Positions 1 to 10,366 of a stretch of 64,000 nucleotides of DNA are shown here, in pieces (position 1 is the first letter of the stretch; each line of letters begins with the position of its first letter). The notes below the pieces were generated by a model. That model saw nothing but the letters and a program-made list of their open reading frames with translations, ran no database searches and was not told the DNA's origin. Position numbers and translations under genes: made by a program. Where the stretch lies: the NCBI GenBank assembly GCA_963728565.1, contig CAVSLC010000014.1, positions 1 to 64,000 on the forward strand, written 5' to 3'. This DNA comes from an uncultured delta proteobacterium (lineage in GTDB: Bacteria; Desulfobacterota; Binatia; UBA9968).

Positions 1-5
1 GGAAA

Positions 6-1052
6 TCACTCCGAAGCACCCCGCGTGCGCAGGATCGATTCGACCGGAGCGCGTCCGAGCCGGATCGCATACCATAGAGGCGTGAAGCCGCGAACGTCGC
101 GCGGGTCAGGCCGCGCGGCGCCATCGAGCAGCAGTTGGGTCAGTTCCGCGTTGCCGTCCCAGGTCGCGAAATGCAGCGGGGCGAGCGATTCGCGATCGAG
201 CGCATTGGGATCGGCGCCGCGCTTGAGCAGGAGCCGCACGAAATCTTGACGGCGGGCGATCACCGCCTGATGCAGCAGCGTGCGGCCGGCCGAATCGCGT
301 ACGCGGATGTCGGCGCCGTGACTCACGAGCCGCTCGGCGGCAGAGAACAACTTGTTCGCGAACGCGATCTGGACCGGCGTGCGGCCCTGTTGGTCACGCC
401 GGTCCAGGCGCGCACCCCGCTTGAGCAATAATTCGATCATTGGCTCCGGCGCCGGGGCCGCGCCCGGGTCCAGAGCGCGCATCAGCGGCGTGTTTCCTCT
501 CTCGTCGGGCGTGTCCACGGCGGCGCGATGATCGAGCAGCATGGATGCGGTTCCGACGACTCTGGTGCGCGCCGCCTCGTGCAGCGGCGTGCTGCCGTGG
601 CGGTCGCGCCAGCGCGGATCGGCGCCTGCCGCAAGCATGGCGCCGACGATGGCAAGATCGCCGCTGTAGGTGGCGTAGTGAAGCGGCGTCGCGTCATGGG
701 AGTTTCTTGCCGTGACGTCTGCGCCCTTTTGCAGCAACAGCTTGACCATACGGGCCTGCTTGTAGGTGGCGCAGAGGTGCAATGGTGTGTCGCCGACACC
801 CGAGCTGGCGCGAATATCGGCGCCGCGAGCGAGCAACAGCTCGGCGATAGCTTCGCGCCGGTGCAAACAGGCCAGGTGCAGGGGCGCAAGCTCGTTCGGC
901 CCTGGCGCAGAAGCGAGGGCCGGATCGCGACCGACGAGCCTACTCACTTGCTCGACGTCACCGGAGATAACGGCGTGATGGATTTCGCCGGCGAGCACCG
1001 TCTTAGCTAGGCTCAGCGAGACTGCGAGCCAAAGGACAGCGAACCATCTCAT
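6..1052 (-). CDS. Exported ankyrin-repeat protein
   Basis: About 9 repeats of G.TPLH.A...G....V..LL..GA; hydrophobic N-terminal signal-like sequence. Confidence 0.93.
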   Translation of the reverse strand: MRWFAVLWLAVSLSLAKTVLAGEIHHAVISGDVEQVSRLVGRDPALASAPGPNELAPLHLACLHRREAIAELLLARGADIRASSGVGDTPLHLCATYKQARMVKLLLQKGADVTARNSHDATPLHYATYSGDLAIVGAMLAAGADPRWRDRHGSTPLHEAARTRVVGTASMLLDHRAAVDTPDERGNTPLMRALDPGAAPAPEPMIELLLKRGARLDRRDQQGRTPVQIAFANKLFSAAERLVSHGADIRVRDSAGRTLLHQAVIARRQDFVRLLLKRGADPNALDRESLAPLHFATWDGNAELTQLLLDGAARPDPRDVRGFTPLWYAIRLGRAPVESILRTRGASE

Positions 1053-1903
1053 CGCCGTTCTCCTTCGAGTCCCTTGCCGGTGACGATCGTTATTTCACCT
1101 TTTTCGGTGAGCAGGACGGCGTCGGTAAAATTCCATCGCACGATCTTCCAGGCCGAAAACCGGCCCCATCGAATCAGCGAGAGGTTCAGCGTGATTCCAC
1201 CGAGCCGCGGTAGCAGGCGACCCATTTGCGCCGCGCTCAATGGCTCGCCCGAGGGGAGCACGACAGGGGCCGGATCGACCGGGCGCGAACCCGTAAGCGC
1301 CCCGTAGGTGTCAACGCCCGCTGGCTGGGGAACCGCCGCGCGGCCCCCGGGCACGACCGGAGGCGGCGGCGCAACGAAGCGCGGCTTGGGCGGCTGGATC
1401 AGACCCGGTTCGAGCGATGGCCGTATGCGCAGCGACAGTAGCTCGGGGTTGGCAGCGGGCGCGACAACAAAGTTCATGAAAGTGCTGAAGTCGGTCGGGC
1501 GGCCGAAGGCCGTAGGGGCCGGCAGTACCCACGGGCGATACGTCTCGAAGCGCAGCGGAACCGCCACGGTGGCGTAGATCGTGCCGTCGAGCAGATACCA
1601 GTCGGAGCGCTGCTGCCGACCCGCTGGAGTACCGATCACATAGCGACGACCGATCAAGAAAGCCAGATTCGGGTCATAGCCGGACTCGTACACAAAGTAG
1701 ACGTCGTCACCGCCCGGATGACGGTAGCGGTATCCCGAGTTTTCGAGAATGCGCTTGGCGCCGTCGAGATCATTGCGTTGGAGGTGCTGAACGAACTCGA
1801 TCGCAGCGGATTCGGGTTCGGCGGCAACGGTCGGAAGTGCCGGGAGTAAAAAGAAAAGTGCAAGAAGAACCCGCAGCTGATTCAATCGATTGCCTGGCAG
1901 CAT
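1049..1903 (-). CDS. Hypothetical exported protein with Pro-rich segment
   Basis: 284 aa ORF, signal-like N-terminus, 4-bp ATGA overlap with the ankyrin gene. Confidence 0.75.
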   Translation of the reverse strand: MLPGNRLNQLRVLLALFFLLPALPTVAAEPESAAIEFVQHLQRNDLDGAKRILENSGYRYRHPGGDDVYFVYESGYDPNLAFLIGRRYVIGTPAGRQQRSDWYLLDGTIYATVAVPLRFETYRPWVLPAPTAFGRPTDFSTFMNFVVAPAANPELLSLRIRPSLEPGLIQPPKPRFVAPPPPVVPGGRAAVPQPAGVDTYGALTGSRPVDPAPVVLPSGEPLSAAQMGRLLPRLGGITLNLSLIRWGRFSAWKIVRWNFTDAVLLTEKGEITIVTGKGLEGERR

Positions 1904-2151
1904 AAGCCGCCCGATCTTAGCACAAAAAAAGCGGATCGAGTTAGCATGTCGTCAGGTTGCCGATGGGGATCTGGCTCGAGTTCTGGACTTAATCCATGCC
2001 GGTGGCGAACCAAACGGCTTCGCGCCCCTCATGTATCGATCATTTCTTTGAGCGCGCTGGTTTATCGACGGGCTCGCCAGTGACACCCCGTCATCGCAAC
2101 TTGAAAGCTGTATCCGATTTGCCATAGAGAAAAGTCGAGGAGGGCGAATCA

Positions 2152-2999
2152 ATGCCGTTGAACAGGCAACCTTTGTCGGCGAGGTTTGGTGTCGCCATTA
2201 CAGGAGTAGACTTATCGAAAGAGCTGGATGAGAAGCTCTTCTATGAGATTGTCGATGTCTTCGTAAAGAAGCAGGTCCTGGTTTTTCGCAATCAACATAT
2301 CGAGCCTCAGCATCAAGTTGCCTTCAGCCGGAGGTTTGGCCCGCTCGAAATGCTGTACGACGAGGATCCGGTGCCGGGCTCCCGGAGATCGCCATCCTTT
2401 CCAACGAGAAGGTCGACGGTAAATTCATCGGCGTCGTCGCGGCCGGCGATTTCTGGCATTCGGACCTGTCCTACAGAAAAGAGCCTTCGCTCGCGACTGT
2501 CCTGTATGCCCAAAAGCTGCCGAAGTACGGCGGCGATACGGAATTCGCCGATATGCATGGCGCCTATGAAAGCCTGCCCGATGACGTCAAGAAGCGCATC
2601 GAGGGCCGGATGGGTATCCACCAGCGCAGCAAGCTGGGCAATCCACGGGTCGCGGTGACCCGCGAAGGCGGCGAGGATTATTATAAACGGCGGGCCATGA
2701 AGAATGTGCTCCATCCGATCGTCCGCACCCATCCGGTATCGGGCCGCAAGGGTCTTTATTGCTCGCCGCGTTTTACCGTCGGCATAGAGGGCATGGACGA
2801 CGCCGAGGCGCAGCCGCTGCTCGACACGTTATTCGCTTACCAGACCGCGCCCGCGAACACCTACCGTCACAAATGGACCCTCGGCGATTTCGTGATGTGG
2901 GACAATCGCAGCGTCAATCATCAAGCCTGCGGCGGTTATGCGATTGACGACATCCGTTTGCTTCATCGCACGTGCACGCAAGGCGACCAGCCATTCTGA
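2152..2999 (+). CDS. TauD/TfdA family Fe(II)/2-oxoglutarate dioxygenase (one frameshift near 2375)
   Basis: Joined frames give FWHSDLSY (HxD), GGDTEFAD, HPIVRTHP, WDNRSVNH; GAGGAGG RBS. Confidence 0.88.
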
Positions 3000-3202
3000 C
3001 CCAGTGAGCGCCGGAAAGCGTGAGACGTGAGGAGAAAGGGGAGAGCGCATCAAAAATCATTGTTGAACTACAAGAATGCGCGCTGCGAGGAGCTTACGAA
3101 CTGGCTGTGCGGAATGGATTTCGCGCTTAGCCGTTCATTGATGGTAATCTCGCGGCGCGCTTTCCCGAGATCGACAAAACGATCCGGCGATCTCCGGAGA
3201 GC

Positions 3203-5086
3203 CTATATCCACTCGGGCTCCCCAGACGGTTGGTTTTGTCGCACAACGTCCGCCATGCGCGCTACGGTCGGGGCATCGAATAAGGTCCTGACGGGCAGGT
3301 TCAATTTAAATTCTTGGAGCACCCGAGAAATCACCCGCGCGGCGGCCAGCGAATGCCCGCCAAGATCGAAGAAATCGTCGTGGATGCCGACGGGGCCGAC
3401 GGCGAGAACCTCTGCCCAAGTCTCTGCAAGGAATCTTTCAAGGTCCGACCGCGGCGCGGCGTAGGCGACTTTCAAATCGGGCCTTCGTCCGTGCGGGACG
3501 GGCAGCGCTAAGCGATCGATCTTGCCATTGGGCGTAAGCGGTATCGAAGCCAAGAACATGAAGTCCGTCGGTGCCATGTAGGCCGGGAGCTTATCTCTCA
3601 CGGCTTTCCGCAGGATCGAGATAGCCGGGAACGGCTTTTCGAAAGCCACGATGTAGGCGACCAGGCGATCGTGACCTCCGCTGGGAGAAGATGCGCATGT
3701 TGTGACGAGCGCCTCCTTGACGTTTTGCTGCGCCAGCAACACGGCTTCAATCTCGCCGGCTTCCACTCTGTAGCCGCGCACGCTTAGCTGAAAATCTTTT
3801 CGGCCCAAGTGATAGAGACATCCATCGGCGCGCAATCGCCCCAAGTCGCCGGTGTAATAAGTGCGTTGATCGCCGCCGTCAGGATCGGGAACAAACTTTT
3901 CTCGGCTTAGCTCCGGACGGCGCCAATATCCCGGCGAGAGATAACGGCCGGTAACGGCAATTTCGCCGGTGGCGCCGATCGGCGATGCGGCGCCCGTGTC
4001 ATCGATCAAGCGGACCTCCGCTCCTTCGACGCAGTAGCCGACGGCATTCCGGGTCTCCGTGAGAGAGGTCGTCGTGTCGAAATACATTCTGCGCACCGTG
4101 CCGGTTTCGGTAGTGCCGAATCGAATCACCAGGATGGTATGAGCGGAAAAGTGGCGCTGGTATTGCTGGAGCTCTCTCGGCGTCACCAGATCCGATCCCA
4201 ACTGAATGACGCGCAGATGCGGAAAGAATTCTTGTTCGGTGAGAGTGCCGACAAATTGATGAAAGAGGACCGGGACCGAGAAAAATATCGTGACTTCTTC
4301 CCGGATGAGCCAATCGGAGATCTGGGTCACGCCTCTTTTCCGGACATCGAACGGACAAAGTGTCGCGCCACTCAGCAGCGCGGCCAAGGTGATCTTCATG
4401 CCTTGGCTCACGCTGCAGGAATAGAGCAGGGCAATGCGATCGTCCGGGCAGATATGCAGGCCGTTACAATAGAGCAGACTATCGTGCAGTAGATTGGCGT
4501 GCGTCTGTACGACGCCCTTGGGCTGTCCGGTGGAGCCCGATGTGTAGATCAAGACGGCCACATCCTGCGGCGAGACGGACAACCTCGGATTTTCGCTCGA
4601 ACCGGTCCGGGCCAATTGCTCAACGTTGAGGACGCCACAGTTTTGATCGGCAGATTGTTCGGCCGACGAGAAATTCTCGCCGTCGGCAATCAGCAAACTC
4701 GCTCTCGAGTCCTGCAAAAGAAAGGCGCTGCGGTCTCTGGGAAAAGACGGGTCGAGCACAAGACAGATTTTGCCCGCTTTCAACACGGCCAAGATTGCGA
4801 CGAAGAGCGGAAGCTCATGTTCCATCAGCAAAGCGATCGTCTCTTGAGTCGTTCCTCGCTGTGCAATGATCGAGTGCGCCAGGCGATTCGCGGCTCCGTT
4901 TAAATCCTCATAAGTCACGGTTTGATCGCTCGTTGTGACGGCAGCTCGGCGCGGATATTGCGCGGCGAGTTTTTCGAATCGCGCCGGGATTGAGAGCGCG
5001 ACATCGTCCAGAGGGAATTCCACAAACCGTCCGAAAGGATGGAAGCACTTGGCCTGGATCGCCTGCTGTTCGACGGGTAGATTCAT
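3203..5086 (-). CDS. Stand-alone NRPS-like adenylation-thiolation (A-T) protein
   Basis: YTSGSTGQPKG, YYTGDLGR, LTPNGKIDR and carrier motif FFDLGGHSL; AAGGAG before ATG 5086. Confidence 0.9.
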   Translation of the reverse strand: MNLPVEQQAIQAKCFHPFGRFVEFPLDDVALSIPARFEKLAAQYPRRAAVTTSDQTVTYEDLNGAANRLAHSIIAQRGTTQETIALLMEHELPLFVAILAVLKAGKICLVLDPSFPRDRSAFLLQDSRASLLIADGENFSSAEQSADQNCGVLNVEQLARTGSSENPRLSVSPQDVAVLIYTSGSTGQPKGVVQTHANLLHDSLLYCNGLHICPDDRIALLYSCSVSQGMKITLAALLSGATLCPFDVRKRGVTQISDWLIREEVTIFFSVPVLFHQFVGTLTEQEFFPHLRVIQLGSDLVTPRELQQYQRHFSAHTILVIRFGTTETGTVRRMYFDTTTSLTETRNAVGYCVEGAEVRLIDDTGAASPIGATGEIAVTGRYLSPGYWRRPELSREKFVPDPDGGDQRTYYTGDLGRLRADGCLYHLGRKDFQLSVRGYRVEAGEIEAVLLAQQNVKEALVTTCASSPSGGHDRLVAYIVAFEKPFPAISILRKAVRDKLPAYMAPTDFMFLASIPLTPNGKIDRLALPVPHGRRPDLKVAYAAPRSDLERFLAETWAEVLAVGPVGIHDDFFDLGGHSLAAARVISRVLQEFKLNLPVRTLFDAPTVARMADVVRQNQPSGEPEWI

Positions 5087-5196
5087 CGGGCTAAATCTCC
5101 TTAACCGGCGGCCCTTGTGATTCAGCAATGTTAGATTGCATAAGAGTCACGAGCATGCATGCTCAGATCCGATAAAATCCAAGCATCCGCAGACAC

Positions 5197-5329
5197 TCAG
5201 GCCGCTTTTGCCGGCGCGGTGATTGTCGCCGCATTCTTGCTGACGAAAATCCTGCACGCTCAGCGGCCCTTGCCCCGTTAGCGTGCGCACGTCGTCCGCC
5301 ATCCGGTCGTAGGTGAAGCTTGGGGTCAA
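5197..5329 (-). pseudogene. C-terminal relic of an NmrA-like NAD(P)-binding protein
   Basis: YDRMADDVRTLTGQGPLSVQDF then shifted KNAATITAPAKAA*; no N-terminus. Confidence 0.45.
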
Positions 5330-5346
5330 TACCTGATTTTAGTCAT

Positions 5347-5898
5347 TCACGCGACACCGCGAAAGTTGGGCCGTTTCTCTATTACAATGGTACCCGCCTC
5401 GCTGTTGTAGCGGCCGCGCGCGATGTTCTCTAGATTTGTCCCGGTGACGCGGATGAAACGCCCTCCGGCGGGGTAGGCGATGGAGTGAATGGCGCGGTTC
5501 TGGAAGATGCCGGCCTGGCCGCGCTCCATGCGATAGGTCTTCGCCTTTTCTATTGTCGCTTTGCCGGGAACGGAGCCGTCGTCCGTACGCTTCCACTCGC
5601 TCATGTCGGTATGTTTGACCGCCTGGCCATAAATCGCCCAGGAATCACCATGATCGTGCGGCCCGCCGGCATAGTCCCGGTCCATGATATGCGCCAGGAC
5701 CTGGAAGCCTAACTCCGGGTCCTCATAGAGTAGATTGGTGCCGACGCTGGCGTTCGGCCCGCAATTGGCGGCGACGAAATCCTCGTTCATCAGCAAGTCC
5801 TGCAATTTTTTTCGCACCGTCTCGCGCCCCGCCGGACCTGGGTCGGCCTTGAGGATGCGACGGCAGTCGGCGGCGAACTCATCGAGCGTGTAAGCCAT
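5347..5898 (-). CDS. Cupin-fold, cysteine-dioxygenase-like protein
   Basis: PHDHGDSWAIYG and AIHSI (three-His pattern); AGGAG RBS. Confidence 0.75.
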   Translation of the reverse strand: MAYTLDEFAADCRRILKADPGPAGRETVRKKLQDLLMNEDFVAANCGPNASVGTNLLYEDPELGFQVLAHIMDRDYAGGPHDHGDSWAIYGQAVKHTDMSEWKRTDDGSVPGKATIEKAKTYRMERGQAGIFQNRAIHSIAYPAGGRFIRVTGTNLENIARGRYNSEAGTIVIEKRPNFRGVA

Positions 5899-5965
5899 GC
5901 TATTTCTCCTGACTTATAGGAAATTCAATCAACTTGTTTTTTGAGGCAAGCTTTTAGCGATTTAC

Positions 5966-7486
5966 TTAGCCTTTGATTTTCATGTCCGCGGCCAGAATCT
6001 TACCGTCCGGTGAGCCCTTCCAGATAACGTTTCGCGTCACGCCGTAAAGTTCCGCGAGCGTATAGAGCGGCGCGAACGGCACGTCTTCCATCAGAATGCG
6101 GCCCGCCTGATGCAGAATCGCGACGCGCTTCTTGTGATCGCCGGTGCGTTGTTCCTCGTCGATGAGCTTGTCGAATTCCGGATTGTTGTAGTTGATGCGC
6201 TTGGAGCCGCCGGTGCGAAAGTATTGATCGAAGTAGACATCGGCGTCGCTGCCATTGCTGCCGGCGTAGTAGAACGGCAGCTTGCCGCCGTTGACGCCGT
6301 CCCTGCCCCAGTAGATGGCGTACTCTTGCGGTACCAGCTCAACTTTGATGCCGACCTTGCTCAACTGATCGGCGATCACTTCGCAGACCTCTCTGCCTTT
6401 TAGATGGCGGTCCGGCGCCAAATAGAGCTTGATCTCGAGGCCATTCGGATAACCGGCCTTGGTTAGCAGTTCGCGCGCTTTTTTCGGATCGTAAGGATAG
6501 CGCTTGATCTTGGGATCGAAGCCCACCCAATTCGAGCCCAGCGGCCCGTTCACCACCGCGCCGTGGCCCTCGTAGATGTGCTTTAGCATGACGTAGGGAT
6601 CGAGGGCATAGTTGATCGCCTGACGCAGGAGCTTGTTGTCGAAAGGTTTGATCTGCACGTTCATGCCGAGAAAATACATGCGAAAGCCGACCACCTTCTG
6701 AATCCGAACGCGCGGATGCTTGGCGATGCGGTCGACGTCTTCGATGGGCACATTGCTGATCAGATCCGCCTGCCCCGCCAGCAGTCCCGCCACGCGCGCC
6801 GCTTCTTCCTTGACGCCCTTGATAATGACCTCGCGGATTGGCGGCTTGGCGCCCCAGTAATCGTCATTGCGCAGCAGCACCAGGTTGCCGCCGCGCTGCC
6901 AGCTGGCGTATTTGTAGGGTCCCGTGCCCGCCGTGGCGCTGTCCAGATCATCGCCGTATTCCTTCGAGAGAATAAACCGGGTCTCCAGCCTGGTGGGCAA
7001 AAGCGCATTGGGCGTCTTGGTCGTAAGAACCGCTGTATAATCGTCGGGCGTTTCCACCTCGACGCCTTGCACGTAGGCGCCCTGCAGGCTGCGCTTGTCG
7101 TTCTGCAATTTATCGATGGAATAGGCGACGTCTTTCGAGGTAAACGGCGCGCCGTTATGAAAACGCACGCCTTTGCGCAGATGAAAAATCCATTTGCGCC
7201 CCTGAAATTCCCACGCCTGAGCGAGCACGCCGACGTATTCATTGCGGTCGTAATCCATTTGGATCAGCGGCTCGATGATGTGGCGCCAGATCCCGGTGAT
7301 GCCGCCGCCGCTGTAACCGTAGGGGTGGAGAGAGTCGAGACTGACGCCTTGATAAATGACAATGCGGTCTTTAGCTGCCGCCCAGGCCTTTGGAGGGAAG
7401 GCAGGCGCGAAGAGAGTTCCCAATCCTAGAGCTGCGCTCTGCCGCAAGAATCCGCGCCGATCGATCGCTGTGCCGTGTCTACGCAT
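5966..7486 (-). CDS. ABC transporter substrate-binding protein, family 5 (peptide/nickel type), Tat signal
   Basis: DRRGFLR signal; FHLRKGVRFHNG, GTGPY, RQAINYA, YDPKKARELL motifs. Confidence 0.92.
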   Translation of the reverse strand: MRRHGTAIDRRGFLRQSAALGLGTLFAPAFPPKAWAAAKDRIVIYQGVSLDSLHPYGYSGGGITGIWRHIIEPLIQMDYDRNEYVGVLAQAWEFQGRKWIFHLRKGVRFHNGAPFTSKDVAYSIDKLQNDKRSLQGAYVQGVEVETPDDYTAVLTTKTPNALLPTRLETRFILSKEYGDDLDSATAGTGPYKYASWQRGGNLVLLRNDDYWGAKPPIREVIIKGVKEEAARVAGLLAGQADLISNVPIEDVDRIAKHPRVRIQKVVGFRMYFLGMNVQIKPFDNKLLRQAINYALDPYVMLKHIYEGHGAVVNGPLGSNWVGFDPKIKRYPYDPKKARELLTKAGYPNGLEIKLYLAPDRHLKGREVCEVIADQLSKVGIKVELVPQEYAIYWGRDGVNGGKLPFYYAGSNGSDADVYFDQYFRTGGSKRINYNNPEFDKLIDEEQRTGDHKKRVAILHQAGRILMEDVPFAPLYTLAELYGVTRNVIWKGSPDGKILAADMKIKG

Positions 7487-7514
7487 TGAAGTTCTCCCGC
7501 GCTCAAGTGAGCCC

Positions 7515-7544
7515 GTTATATTCAGCCTGTGACGAACCTGTCAA
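7515..7544 (-). promoter_or_regulatory. sigma70-type promoter for the family 5 binding protein gene
   Basis: TTGACA-18 bp-TATAAC, ~30 bp upstream of the start. Confidence 0.6.
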
Positions 7545-7789
7545 TGAATTTCCACGGGGTATTAAGGATCGTGGATGTCTTGGAAAGCAGCGCTCGGCCC
7601 GCTGGGCTTCGATCACCTCAACAAGTTTTCGGATATCTTTCAGACTCGGGTCGAATAGATGAAACGACCGGCGGAGGCGCGCATGGTCACCGAGGTAGTC
7701 CCTCGGTAAGAAAGCCGGGGGTTCGACTGATGCCAATTGGCTTTCCGGGTTTGCGTCACACTCCGCAACTGCTTGCTCGCACCGGTCGC

Positions 7790-7905
7790 ATTGCGGACCG
7801 TCGTCTTTCCAAGTAAAACAAATCCGCCATTGGCCGTTTATCCGGATACTGCACTGCCCGGCCCTGTCTCCCGATAATTTTTCCAATCTATTTCCGGGAC
7901 TCGCG
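7790..7905 (-). pseudogene. higB: HigB/RelE-type toxin C-terminal relic
   Basis: PGNRLEKLSGDRAGQCSIRINGQWRICFTW matches the HigB signature; N-terminus and higA absent. Confidence 0.7.
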
Positions 7906-7948
7906 GCGAAATTCTATCTGTCTCGCCGCATTGACTGTCGCTGCGCCG

Positions 7949-8937
7949 TCATCTTTTATACAACTGCTTGATAAATCCTGACGTTTCCAGTTCCTGGACG
8001 AAACTCATATCGACGAAACTCTTGGGATCGGCTGTCGCGGCTTTTGGCGTTCGCGGCGCAATGTCATCGAGCAGTGTCTTTACTCCCTCGGCACTTGGGT
8101 ACGGCACCTCCGGATAGGCGGCGTTATAGGCAAGGTAAGCGCGTTCCAAACCTTCCGGGTCATTGCTCTTGAGGTTTTTGCCGATGAGCGCTTTGGTATC
8201 TTCCTTGTTTGTCTTGATGTAATGAATCGCTTCGGTGAAAGCGCGCACGACCCGATTGACCAGCGGCCGCCGTTCCTTGACGGTTTTCTCGCGCGTGACC
8301 ACGGCGTTGACGTGATACGGAATCTTCAATTTGCCGATATCGAACAGGTCCCGAAAACCCATTTTCTCCGCTTCTCTGACTAGCGGCTCGCCGAGCAGCG
8401 TGAATTGCGTGATGTTGCGCGACAGAGCGGCGAGGCGCTGCGGGTTTTCCCCGGTTGCGATAATCTTTGTTTCCTTTTCCGGGTCGATGCCGAAACGGCG
8501 CAAGGCGAGACGCAAGGTCATGTCCGAGGTAGTACCCAAGCGATTCACGCCACCGGTTTTTCCCTTCAATTGCTCAACGCTGGTAATCTCGGCAAGCGAA
8601 ACGATGTGATCGATAAACAGCGGCAAGTTAGTCGATACCATGACGGTATCGGCGCCGGCTAAACGGGATGTGACCAAAGTGGCCGATGGGGCAATGATGA
8701 AATCCACCTCGCCGGTGAGCAAGCCTGAATCACGATAGTACTTGCGCTGATGCTGATCACCTCGGCATTGAGGCCGTTCTTCCTGAAGAAGCCTTTCTGA
8801 TCGGCCACCCATATCGGCATATTGGACGGCGTACTGCCGGCCCATGCAATGCGCATGCGTTCTTGAGCTAAGGCCGGCGCACCCGGCGCGAGCACGGCGA
8901 CAAGAATGAGCAAGACAAGCCGCAGGCATAGATGCAT
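7949..8937 (-). CDS. NitT/TauT (NMT1/SsuA-like) substrate-binding protein (frameshift near 8725)
   Basis: Signal peptide plus WVADQKGFFRKNGL in one frame; LKGKTGGVNRLGT and C-terminal SGFIKQLYK in another. Confidence 0.85.
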
Positions 8938-9012
8938 GAGCAAACCCTCCCCCATGCGTTGGTCCGTTGAATGAGCGGTTTTCCGTGGGCAGTAAAAAGA
9001 AGCGTGGGGCGA

Positions 9013-9042
9013 GTTATAACGCTGCCGTGTTTTGACTGTCAA
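9013..9042 (-). promoter_or_regulatory. sigma70-type promoter
   Basis: TTGACA-18 bp-TATAAC upstream of the 8937 start. Confidence 0.55.
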
Positions 9043-9379
9043 TGGCAGATTGAACAGATCGAGTCATTACCGGCATCCGCTCAAGCCAAGCCCCTGACAG
9101 AGTAAGGTCAAGCAGAAGCCGGCGTACCTCTCACGATGTTTGCCTGTGTAATCTGTGTTGCGCATAAGATCGGCGCGGCGCCATTCGTTAGTCAAACTAG
9201 ATCGTGTCAGAACCAGCCACCACTGTGTGCATTAAAACAGTCCCAAGCGCCTGGAGATGGGCATGACACTTCCGCGGTGTGATTCGATTGACTACAACGC
9301 CGTTATCAAAGCAGCTTGACACCCAGCCTGAGTTGGGATACTCAGCCGGCAAGTTCCACTGTGAGACAGGAGGTGGCGT

Positions 9380-10366
9380 GTGAACCCAAGCACGAGATCG
9401 ATTGTCTGTCTTCTGACGATCACCGTCCTCATCGTGGTTTTCTCAAGCGCCGGCCATGCGCAGGGGCGCACCAAGATCAGGTATGCCTTGGGTGATGTCA
9501 TCTCGATCGACGAACTGCCGCTTCTGATCGCGGTCGAGCAGTCAAAGCAGCGGGGCGTCGACGTGGAGGTTACTTCATTCAAGAGCGAAGAAGTAGCCAC
9601 CCAGGCCGTGATCAACGGGCAAGCAGACGTCGGCCAGGGCACACCCTACGCGGCAGTTCAAAAGCTCTCGGTGCCGATCCGGTTTTTCTACCAGTTAAGC
9701 TCGCTGCTCTTCTATCCCGTCGTCAACAAGGAAGACTACAAGACTTGGAAGGACCTCGACGGGCAGGAGATAGCAGTTCAGGGCCGCGGTTCCGGAACCG
9801 AAGCGATCATGGTGCTGGCGGCGAAGCAACACGGCATCAAGTACAAGAACGTGAGTTATGTTCCCGGTTCCCAGGTCCGAGCCTTGGCTCTGTTGAAAGG
9901 CAACATCAGAGCCACCATCCTCGATGCGCCCAACAAGAACCTGGTCATGAAAGATGGCGCCGACAAATTCATCATCCTGCCGCTTGGCAACGTCAAAGCC
10001 AGTGACGAAGCGCTTTTTGCCATGAAAGAGTTTCTCGATAAAAATCAGGCTGGTGTCAGAATTTTTATCGAGGAGCTGACCAAAGTGGCGCGAGCCATCA
10101 ATGCCAATCCCAAATGGGTTCTCGAGCAGCGCAAGAAACTCGGGCTGCTCAAAGATCTTCCCGCCAAAATGGAAGAGGAGATCCTACCGTTTTTTCAGGA
10201 GGCGGTGGAAAACGGCGTCTACCCCAATGATGGCGGGTTCGGAAACGCGGTAAAGAACGATCTTGAATTTTTCTATCTGTCGGGCGCGCTCAAGGGTGAA
10301 AACCTGAAGGCCGAAGATTTCTGGGATCTCGGGCCGTTGAAGAGCGCTCTCGCCAACGTGAAATGA
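9380..10366 (+). CDS. NitT/TauT ABC transporter substrate-binding protein
   Basis: Signal peptide, AGGAGG RBS, DLDGQEIAVQGRGSGT; first gene of ABC cluster. Confidence 0.88.
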   Translation: MNPSTRSIVCLLTITVLIVVFSSAGHAQGRTKIRYALGDVISIDELPLLIAVEQSKQRGVDVEVTSFKSEEVATQAVINGQADVGQGTPYAAVQKLSVPIRFFYQLSSLLFYPVVNKEDYKTWKDLDGQEIAVQGRGSGTEAIMVLAAKQHGIKYKNVSYVPGSQVRALALLKGNIRATILDAPNKNLVMKDGADKFIILPLGNVKASDEALFAMKEFLDKNQAGVRIFIEELTKVARAINANPKWVLEQRKKLGLLKDLPAKMEEEILPFFQEAVENGVYPNDGGFGNAVKNDLEFFYLSGALKGENLKAEDFWDLGPLKSALANVK

